DNA from: Marsupella aquatica
Lineage: Eukaryota > Plantae > Marchantiophyta
Direction: 5' to 3'
Assembly: GCA_973895155.1 (NCBI GenBank)
Contig: OZ316895.1
Span: 2,591,659 to 2,655,658 of the forward strand
Length of the DNA: 64,000 nucleotides
Shown here: positions 35,301 to 45,340 of the stretch, in pieces
How positions within the stretch are numbered: position 1 is the stretch's first letter
Layout: every line of letters begins with the position of its first letter
Program-made: the position numbers and the translations under genes
The notes under the pieces: generated by a model
The model's database searches: none
Told to the model about the DNA's origin: nothing
The model's input: the letters and a program-made list of their open reading frames with translations, nothing else

Positions 35301-37042
35301 ACAAGTTCAAAGATGTGGAGGTTTGTTGTGATTCACTCTTTGCAACAAACTTGGTCTGTGATGAATGCTCTTGGAAAAACTTGTAACACAGGTGTAGAGG
35401 CTGGAATTTGGGAGAAGACAAATGTACATGCTCATCCTTCCGGGAATCGATTGGCTTGGGCTTTTGAAAACTGGTCAATCGGATATTATCACGAGAGTGG
35501 TATTAGGACCAGAGACATGTATAATTTTGAACATGATGAGAAAAGGGTAAACATCATAAAAGTCCCTTGTGTTACAAAAAATGTGTAACACCATTGGGAG
35601 AAATAGTGAACCCTTACCAGAAACCGATAGCTCTAGCAGATTGGTTCGTTCAACATTTTAGTGAAGCAGGGGATTGGGTTGCTGATTTATGTGCGGGGAG
35701 TGGTTCGACCTCATGCGTTGCCTTGTTAGGGAAACGTCCGGTGATAGCCGTGGAGCTCAGTGCAAGCTAGGTGGATTGTATCCGGACCCGACTTGTCACG
35801 CTTGATGAATCGTGGGACTTGAATGATGAAGCAACCGAGGAGGGTACAGGACCCATGAGCTTTGAGGTTCAACCACCTATTGGTGGTACTACGAGCACCC
35901 TCACCACTGGAACTTGCATTATTACAACCGCGGAGGAGAACGATAATGATGAGGATGAAGAGGATGAAGTGGAACATGAAGCTCCGGCACTTGATCTTGG
36001 CTCATTCCTTGAGGTGTAAACTTAAGTTTGATTAGTTCTCTCATGTTGTATCTATTGATCCAAATTTGTGAAATATTGAGGAAGATTATGATTGGACTAT
36101 GTTCTTATTTCACAAAGTAATATCTTTGCAGGAACCAAAGGAGGATTTTGTATTGAAACATGTTTTGCATAGATTCTCACACAATCCTTCTAGTGGATTT
36201 CTTTTGGACAATAAAACATTGAGCCAACTTAAACCCAGTCAATATTTGGGTGATGAAATAATGGAATTTTACCCACAATTAATAACCGAGGAACATGAAG
36301 ATCTGGCTCCCTCGATAAACACATTATCCTTTTTTTTTACCCTTGGCTTGTTTCAAGGATTGAAACAGAACCAGCTGAGACCTTGTTGGAATCAATTCAA
36401 AAGATGCAGAATTATTACAAGCCACCATTTTCCCAAATTGAGGTCATTCTCATGCCAATTCACATGAGCATGCACTGGAGTCTGGTTGTAATATGTTTGG
36501 ATCGGATTGAATCTTCGGTCAAAATGTATCATCTAGACTCTCTCGCCAGTCTACACTCAACCCATGTAATTGGATCAATACTGAGCAGGTACGTATATAT
36601 TATATTACATTTTTTCAATTTGAATTTATTTATGTGGTACATAAATATAAACACTTTGGACTAAGAACTTTGAATGATAATTTGCAGATATTTTACAATG
36701 GAATGGGAATTATTTTTTGGAAAAGTTCCAATTGGAGTTGTGGAGATATACAATCAAATGGTAAGGATTTGAAAAGTTATTTCAACTTTTATTTAGTTCA
36801 ATTATTAAACACTTTGGAGTAACTTTAAGATTCTTTCTCAGGTACCCCAACAACCAAACAATTCACATTGTGGTCTATTTGTTCTTCAAAATATGGACGA
36901 AATCATAATTCAATGGCATATTACACAATGCCTTGATGCACAGTCTTTATTTACTGAAAAATGGTACAATTGTAAAAGAGCATGTAACCTTAGAAAATTC
37001 ATTCGAGATCAAATTCTAAAATTGATGCATGTACCTGTTTAA
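32382..37042 (+). pseudogene. ParB-like domain + beta-class N6A/N4C DNA methyltransferase + Ulp1/C48 SUMO protease fusion gene, 5 exons, disrupted
   Basis: Exons 32382-34342, 34881-36013, 36132-36588, 36688-36760 and 36842-37042 join in phase at GT..AG. Motifs: YRVIGGNHGARA (ParB/Srx-like); LHCGDV..IADIPYG (motif IV); NPYQKPIAL..SEAGDWVADLCAGSGSTS..VIAVE (motif I); LKPSQYLGDEIMEFY, MPIHMSMHWSLVVI, HLDSL, VPQQPNNSHCGLFVL (Ulp1 H-D-Q-C). Lesions: in-frame stops at 33107 and 35768; frameshifts near 32640, 35578 and 36335-36385. Confidence 0.85.
34420..34820. repeat. Palindrome array, 5 copies at ~90-bp period, inside intron 34343-34880
   Basis: gaatgcgaagtgggatacg(g/c)(g/a)gtatcccatctcg(g/t)attc-type units at 34421, 34511, 34601, 34690 and 34780. 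Confidence 0.92.
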
Positions 37043-37053
37043 GGACATCAATC

Positions 37054-40000
37054 TCAATCCTCTGAGTGTGCAGAACCTCTCTCTAATATAGCAGACTCTA
37101 TAATTTTTTTTAGTTTTTGCTGCTATTTGATTAGTACTTAAAAGCGCAAAGTTGTATGCATACACCGCTGTTGATGATAGAACTAGTTCATCTTGGAGAA
37201 GTCGATTAGATATATTATCTTTCTCTGGAAAATATTTCCCATCAATAGCAGACTCAGCACTTGCTTCAGTTGTGTACCATGTGATTTTGATTCTCTCAGG
37301 AATGTCTGCAGTTCTTGTCAAAATCTTTGACATCTTTGCCATCCAAAACAACTTGCCTTCTAGATCCTTGTGTGCCGCTACACATATCATGGACCACTTA
37401 TTGTTAACTTCCATATCTCTGAAATCTCCAAATTCAGCTTGCTTTCGTCGAGGTCCGGAGTAGATAATTCTCTGTGGTCCAGCAACTTTGTCAACCAAAG
37501 TTGGATCAACACCTTCTTCAACAAGTTCATTTCTCACCCTTGGAAGTAGTTGTGCACCTTGATTTTGTTGCGGCCAAACCCACTCAAATAACCACTCACC
37601 TTCCTCTAGGTGGTTTTTGATAATATCTTTTTGTTTCTCAAAAAAACTCATCCACCAAAGTTTATCTTCATTGTCAAAGTAATTGAAACCTTCCTGGATA
37701 GCTTTTTCATATTTCACCAGAGTAGTTAATGCACCATCTGTATTGGAAGAAACATGGACATCATCCCTCTCAACACCTTTTGCTGACTTCAATGACATTT
37801 ATGCAGCAACCCACATTCTTGAAGTTGGAATGTAATTGACAAACGTCACTGCATCTCCCCAATCCTGGGTCGTGGAAAGATGTTTCCCGTGAAATGTTGT
37901 CTCTTCGTTTTCATCCTCCATGACTCGTTTGAATCTGAATTGCCTTTGAAGTTATGAGATTGAGATCTCTCAAGACTCTACCTGAGACTCCCTTCTCATT
38001 TGGCTGGTCGTTTTCATTGAGAAATTTTTGAAAATCGGCTACTTCATCCACAAATATGATCAAAGCTTCAGGTGAATATGCTCGTCGAATAATATCTTCA
38101 AGAGTCTCCAAGCGAAATGCTTTGTGCTTGTTTAACCTAGACAACAATTTACTAAACATCTGATCTATCTGGTCATGTGTATGACCGACCAACAAGAAAC
38201 CCACTTTAATCTTGTCAAAGATCTTCAAATCTACTAACATGTGAAGCTAACCCATCAAGAATTTATTCTTGTTTTCCCGAGTGGTATTATCTAATTGAAG
38301 ATATAACACTCTTGGTAATGTCCCATCCCATGTATTCAATACATTTTGAATAACATGTATGGTCAAGTTTGCATCATTATGGATATTGGGATATGTCAAA
38401 AATACTTTTGCTACAAGGTTCCTGTCGAAGATGAGACAACCTACAACATGTATTGGAATGAAATACTTTTCATCCATGTTCTTTGGACAACGAAGAAAAT
38501 GTGGTAGCTCTGTTTTCTTTTGATCCATACCATCTATACAAATACCCAAATACTTGTTGGGCTCATCATAGCATTTTTTACGATGCTTGGCTAACTTCAT
38601 CATTTCCAATGATTGTACTTTTCGATGCTCCATAAGGGCATTGATATACTTTCCTGAAATGATACAATAGCAATGAATTAAAAATCAATAACTAAGGATA
38701 AACTTTGACAAATATTGAATTACATGTCATCAAATTAAAGTTGAAGGTTATAGTTAGTGGAACTTACTTTTATCCTCTTCAGTTGTTGCTTTGTCCCGAA
38801 GAGCCTTGAATTCAGTACAAGGACCACAAGTAGAAAATCAACTCCTTTTAGGAATTCGTACATTTGGAAACTTTTTTTTCCAAACATGCAAAAAATAAGA
38901 ATATGTAACTTGTTGTTCTTCTCGCAACATTGTTTCAGCTTCAAAGATTCCATGTATCTCTTGCTTTGTCCAATTGTCTGACAAGTGATGAATCTCTTTA
39001 TGGGGAAGACTATCCATATTTTTTTGGAAAAAATCTTTCAACCATTCCACCAACTTTAGAAATGAAGGTGAGTCTTCCTTACAAAAGGTATCTCGTTCAA
39101 TCCTTGTAAACATGTTTGCATGGATTGTTGCCAATCTATTATTACCTAAAGAATATAGTTTCTTGAATCCTCCTCTACATATAGGTTGTCCATTTACACT
39201 ATCTCCACGAGAAGTACTACAGTTGTTCATGATACAACCTCGTAGCAAAATATTTTTTTGAAAGTGTTTAAGACCAAAATAATACTTGTGTTGTTTTGAG
39301 CATTCCTCTAGACCCAGAGACCTCAAGCAAAACTTGTCACAATAGGGATACTTAAAAATATCTTTAATTTTGCGTTTTTTTAGATTTGCAATGGTAAGTC
39401 TATCTTTTCTAATCATCTAATCTCTGATTTTCTTGTTGGGTCTTGTCACCTCTACTCTATCCTGAATAGTGTCAGGAGAACTTACCCCCCCACTATTTTC
39501 TAGTGAATTAGAATTTAAAACAAAAAGATCTTCTGTATAGTTGTTTCCACTCTCCACATTTTCTGTAACTGTTTCATGAACAATCTCACATCCCAGGATC
39601 TCTTCAACAACATTTGAGATTACAACAGTCTCTCTGTCATTTGCAGCCTCCTCTGATCTCTCTTCAGAGTCTTCTGAAAATGTAATAGGTGTTCGGAGAT
39701 TTCTAGTTTGAAATCTTCTAATGATATTCACATCTTCAGTCGGAGTACCGCCCACTTGTCTCTGAGACTATAATCCCAACCTAGGTGATTCTTCTCGACT
39801 TGAGGGCTCATCTTGACCATTGAATAATTTTTGGACAAGTTTCAATTTAGCATGTACCCTTGAATTTTCGGGCCCTCTCTCCGACAGCTCACTTCGCAAT
39901 AATCTCCGAGGAATTTTTTGGACACTAGATCTCTTCCCTCTTTCGTTCTGCACTTGCCGTCCAATGGAAGATCCAAAAACCTCACACTGCATCCTCGCCA

Positions 40001-40901
40001 AAGGGCTTCGAAGTCCCATGTTGTTAGTTTTACCACTCGGTGAAATAACTGATGGGAATACTGATTGGGATCCATGGATCCCAACTCGTATTCGTCCTTC
40101 GGGACTTCGAAGTGAAAAATTTCCCACTTGCTGTTCTGCGTCATGACTTGGTAATTTTCCATTGCGCAATACAAACTGGGATCCGCGTATCCCATTTTGC
40201 ATTCCACCATCGGAACTCGGGTTGGAAGTCCGCAAGACCGGTGACTCGGGCACAGGATTCTACAAAATACCACGAGGGAATACTAAGTGGGATCCATGGA
40301 TCCCACTTCGTATTTGACCCAAGGAATTTGGTACTGAAGGAGACGAAATAGGCAATTCGCGTTCACCGTTTCTCAACATTCGAGTAGGGAATACCAAGTT
40401 TGGCTCCAAGGCTGCCCCTCCCTGCAATTCTGGCAAATTTTGACTCCTCATTCGCTCAAACTGTGATTGAACACTGGACACAGCTATCTTCACTCCCAAA
40501 GAACGAGACATTGGAAAAACCAACGGAGATCTTCGGGCGGGCCTACATGGTAACGTTGTTCTTGGCATTAAAAACCGGGGCCTTCGCCTTTGAAGATCTG
40601 TCGGGGTTCGCGATGAACCAAGTGTCTATGTCGTAGGAACTACATTAGGCTTCTTTACAAGTAGACGTCGTTTAAGAGGTTTACTTGGAGAGACATAGTA
40701 TGAAATCGGAGCACCCACAACACTCCTACAAGACTCTGAATCAGACTCTGATTTCTCAGATTCTGAGGAAAATGAAATCTCTGGCACTACTCTCTGTGAG
40801 GCTGGTAATTCATTCATCAAACGAGATGGAATAAATTTTTGAACAACATCTGGCAAAGATGCATTTGAACTGTAAATTGACTCATCACTTGAAGACGCCA
40901 T
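37054..40901 (-). pseudogene. Sola-like (DUF7869-type) DDD/E transposase, 2 exons (intron 38654-38767), disrupted
   Basis: One frame runs from ATG 40901 to the donor at 38767, broken only by in-frame stops. Motifs: CDKFC; VWKKKFPNVRIPKRS*FSTCGPC; CIDGMDQKKTELPHF; LYLQLDNTTRENKN; FLLVGHTHDQIDQMFS. The phase-1 intron restores EEDKR-KYINALMEHRK. Confidence 0.85.
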
Positions 40902-41279
40902 AGAGAATCAAACAAGGGTTGTATAGGAGTACGTATTCGTATCCAACAGAGAAAATTCAGATTACAGTATTCTATGAAAACAACTACTCAATACTGAATG
41001 AACCTCAAAGTAATCGCGAGAAATGAAGATGAAAAACAGATGCGAGCTCTTCCTTTTATAGTTTTCGGGGGCATTGGACACGTGGCATTCCCTGATTGGT
41101 CCGTACGAGGGTTTTTTCACGTGAGAGTTTGTCTTTTCAAAGAATGCTGAAATTTAAATTGTAGATTTTTGAGGAAGTCGCCATGGATCTTAGTTGGTCT
41201 TCAAACTGGAATATCAAGGTATGCGATGCAAAAACTTCAAAATGTAGAGGTTATCCTCTTATTTTCCCGATCAGTTTTT

Positions 41280-41875
41280 GGACTTGCGAAAAAAATGGGA
41301 TCCATGGATCTCAGTTGGTATTCATGTTGAAAGATCTCCTGATGCAAAGTTGCAAGTGGAAAACATTGAGGTTGAATACGATAGTGGATACTTGGATCCC
41401 ATCTCGTATTCATCATGCGTTATGGGCTAAAAAATTTCCGGACATGTCGTCGGGTTAACTTAACTAACTGTGTGGTTCAACTGTAGTCCGCGGTCAGTTT
41501 TTCGCAGTTTTCAATTTTACCGCAGTTAAAAATTCAAACATTTTTAACCTGAGGTTACATGGAAGCGTCAAGAGAATGATTTGGTGTGGTTTTCGTCCAT
41601 GTTCAATAGTTGAATCTGAAATGGGATACGCCGTATCCCATTTTCAGTTTGCCATTTTGATGGCGAAAATGAAATCTTGTGTTTTACTCGTTTTGTTTGA
41701 CGCTCAGATTTAGCTTTTAGAAGGATCACGTGATGAGCATTGTTTTTCCAGGTTTTGGAATTTGCACTTTTTTTAGATGAAGTGTATCAGAATTCTGGAT
41801 TGTGACAATTCTGTGTTTTTGCGTCGACAGTATCTCGATTTGAAATCCGATGTTGGATGCGATTTTGGATTCATC
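41280..41875. repeat. Right subterminal palindromes
   Basis: tgggatccatggatctc ~41297; gaatacgatagtggatacttggatcccatctcgtattc ~41374; ctgaaatgggatacgccgtatcccattttcag ~41616. Confidence 0.8.
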
Positions 41876-41953
41876 CTCAAAATAGCGTTTTTGATCTTAA
41901 TTTTAGTGATTTTTTGCTGTTTTTCGCGAAATTGAAAACACACTTCTCGTTTG

Positions 41954-41988
41954 GTGGTCATACTTCTCGTTTGGTCCGTCACTGTGTT
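41954..41988 (-). repeat. Right terminal inverted repeat
   Basis: gtggtcatacttctcgtttggtccgtcactgtgtt, followed by the TSD ctat. Confidence 0.9.
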
Positions 41989-43841
41989 CTATGCATCACT
42001 ACAAGACCAAAAATGGAATGTTTTAGGATGAGCATGCTATATTGAAGAGCACATTTGGTTGAGCTTTAAAAAACAGACTTTCCGGGCATTTTGCAATGGG
42101 GTAGGAAAACCCAAAATATACTCTGCATGATTGTGGGTATGCTCTAGAGACTGAAAATGTTGGGATTCATGGTAACCTATTGTCATATTGCTTATTGACA
42201 AAAATCACAAGGCAGCCAATGCAGCAACAAGTAGACAATGTTGAGGAAAACCAGTGATATACACACATGAGAGACAAGCAAGAAGCTCATACACCAACAC
42301 ACAAGATACGTGGTTCGCCGTCGTCAAGGCTATGTCCACAGAATACTAGAGCTTTACTAAACTTTGGCAACCACGTCACACTAACCCTCCAAGTACAAGC
42401 CCCCCTTAGCACTAAACTTGCTCCTCCAAGAATGAGCAAGAGTCTCCATGAGGACTAACTCCTTGCTCCCCTATATGCTAGGCACACTAGTCACAACTAA
42501 TCATCATTAAGTCCCTAATGCCAATTAGTCTAAGAGGTTAATTGCGACTCAAGAGTTAGCCCGAACAGACAATTACACAGCCTGATGAGTCTGCAGAGGA
42601 GCAAAGTCAGCACTTCATGAGCTCAGATGTGTGCCACACGATTGTTAGCACTAAAACCAGAAACAGACATGTTGCACGATAGCAGTTAAAATCTAATTTG
42701 GCAGTGGTGATTTTTCATCGAAATCATATCCATTCCTAGCTTGGCACGGGTGTATTTATTTATATTCAACCACACAGTTGCATGGCATGGTTTCCCCCAA
42801 CGCTATGTAAATATTTATTGGTTCATACATAAATGTCATTACCTACAGTAGGGTGGTAGCCAAGTGGGGCTTGGGCGACAAGCTGTGGCCAATAGAGGGC
42901 TTGAGTCTAAGAGTGTCTATCTAATGTCTCCCTAAAAAACTTTGCTGCAGCTATCGAATTTTCTGGCAGTGCTTTATGGTACAGTGTCCCACCCTAAATG
43001 CAACCCTGGGGTTCCCGGAATTTGGGCTTAGGGAGTACTTGAAAGTCTCAAGAAGTGAAATTTAATGGCTAACTGCAATAATCAGTAAATGCACACATTA
43101 CTTAAAGTTTTGCAATTCCTATGATTCCATTTTTTTTGGCACTTTTCAATTAGTGCAAGGATTGTACTAAAATTATAGCAACAAGTGAACTTAGAATCAA
43201 GCCATGCAAATCCATAGTAAGAAAGAACTAATGGCCCCCCCTTGAGAGTTGCCAAAATGTGCAAAGTTTCTGTTGCCAATGCATGAGAATACCCAGGTGG
43301 CAAATCTTTCATTTTGAGAGAATCTGTGAGAAAGTAATGAACCCGCCTATGTGCATCCTACTAGCGGGGGCAGTTGGGGCCCACCTTTCAAGTCCAAAAG
43401 AGCATCAGCAAAAGGTGGTGGTGCTGTAAGTATATACTAAACCCTTGTGTACAGGGCATTGTGGGTTGGAATGCCTTGAGGGGTTATTATTTCCCAAAGT
43501 GCTCTCGTGACAGGACCTTAATACACTTCAGCCTTAGGTTTCATTTTACTAAGTTTAGTTAAAGTAAGAAAAACTATCACAATGACTCCAAATGAAAGTG
43601 GAATATACACACTTTTTATAGAAATGGACCAAACAGAGTACAAAAGAACAAACAAAAGAGGGTCCAAGTGGACAAAACCAATCGTAAAAGAAGTGAGCAA
43701 AAGGGAACCCCTAAACACCAAGAAAGAGGAACTAAAAATAAGAAATGAGCAATAGGGAACCCCTAGAAACCAAGAAAGAGGAACTAAAACTAACCCAAAC
43801 GGACCGAGGTCCTCATAATTCCTAGCAAATGTGGCAAAAAG

Positions 43842-45340
43842 CTAATGGTCCACATCAAGTGTCAAAACTAGATCGGCAAGTGGGATTGGAACATCCTCTA
43901 GGGGAGCTAGCGGCTGTGGAGGCACACTAGCACCCACTGTAAGAGATCGACGATAGATGGCCTGAGCTTGAGCACGCTGTAAGATGCCTGAAATGCGTTG
44001 GCGAAAGTGCATGGTCAAAACAGATAGCGGGGGTCCAGTGGGACCCATTCGGCCATGAACATCCTGGGCAGCTTGCCGAAGAAGCCCATCAAACTGAGGA
44101 TGAAGACGCCCGAATAGCTCCAGAGCAAGGGGGAGGAAGCTGTCTGATGAAGCTTGTGCAACATATTTGGCCTCCTTCGTTGTTGCCGCACGTGACGCTG
44201 CTGCCCTTGCCGTTGTTGCCGCTGTCCCAATGATGTCTTGGCGCATGGGTTTGCCACCATTACATCTGCCAAAGTACGTTGACCCTCATGGACCATGGTA
44301 AGATCCACCCATAACTGCTGTGATGGAGGACCAGGTAACTCGAGTACCACCTCCCCCCACACACATACCAAAGAGCCAGAGAGAACTTGAGCAGTTGCAT
44401 CTTGCACAACGTCGTGAACAATAATGGTTTCACCTCCCAAACTGCACCGAAGAAGATGGACACGTGTGGCATCACAAGGCTTCCCACAAGTGCAAGAAGT
44501 GGGTGGGGCAGCCCCATACAAAGACGCATGGCTGTGGAGAACTCCACTGAAGACATCCGCAAATGATGAATGACTGGATTGGCCTGAAGCCATCCTCCTA
44601 TGCCCTTCCCTCCGGATGAAAGAATCCAAGCTCGGTCCATGTTAGGTGCCTCGGAGAGGATGCTGGAAAGGGTGAAAGCGTGCATATGCCTAGTGAGGTC
44701 TGCCTGAAGACGGACGGGATCCAAAGATAAAAACTCCTGAAAAGAAGGTAACGCAGCGCAAACGGGATCTGGTAAAGATGACCGCACCGTGCGCAAATGA
44801 ACCTGAAACGGGAGGGAACCCTCCTCTACCTCCATGAGAGATGAAAGTAAATTAAAAAGGGCGATCCTCAGTAAGGAAACGATCGGCCAACAATGAGAAG
44901 GCGGCCGCCCACGTGCCCAAAAAGGCCAAAGGTGCAAGGTTCTCAATGGAAGTAAGCCCCAAACCATCCTGAGAAATAGGAAGACCGAGTTGTCGATGAA
45001 GCCATAGAGATGAGAGCAATGTCCCCAGCCCTAAAAGAGAGGCCAAAGTCTCACAAATGGAGACATCAAATGCTCGAAGGTGGAGACAAAGATCCTCGGT
45101 AGGGGGATGCGTCCTAGCCAGATAAGACGCACGAGGGTGGATGCACCTCAACAACATCCCAAATGCTGCCTAAGAATCAGCTAACTTAGGGAGCATAGGA
45201 GTAGGGGCTAAGGCAGCTTGTAAAGCATCAGCAATGAAAGATGAGCAAAAGGAGGCGGTATCGACTGGGGAGCCAAGGACCCGAAGACCATCGGTTGAAC
45301 GTAAGAACCCTGGGGGAAGCGCAAGATCAAATCTTGACTG
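43842..45340 (-). mobile_element. 5'-truncated, frameshifted RLE-type non-LTR retrotransposon (CRE-like)
   Basis: Post-RT motifs LRVLGSPV, LPISQDGLGL and WLQANP..FSTAMRLCMGLP; zinc knuckle CTCG..HLLRC..HD; restriction-like endonuclease D..ADV..K..KY..FLPLALELFGRL; C-terminal RISGILQRAQAQAI. Confidence 0.85.

Larger units (their letters stand above)
29289..41988. mobile_element. Full-length 12.7-kb cut-and-paste DNA transposon (Sola-like) with cargo genes
   Basis: Left end AACACAGTGACG-ACCAAATGAGAAGTGTGACCAC at 29289. Reverse complement of right end AACACAGTGACGGACCAAACGAGAAGTATGACCAC, ending at 41988. CTAT flanks both ends (29285-29288, 41989-41992), i.e. a 4-bp TSD. Contains an internal transposase. 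Confidence 0.92.

Noticed and set aside
34881-36013. Methyltransferase as bacterial contamination or part of a restriction-modification system
   Set aside because: It is flanked by spliceosomal introns, joined in phase to a Ulp1 domain, lies within TIRs and a TSD among plant genes, and has no endonuclease partner.
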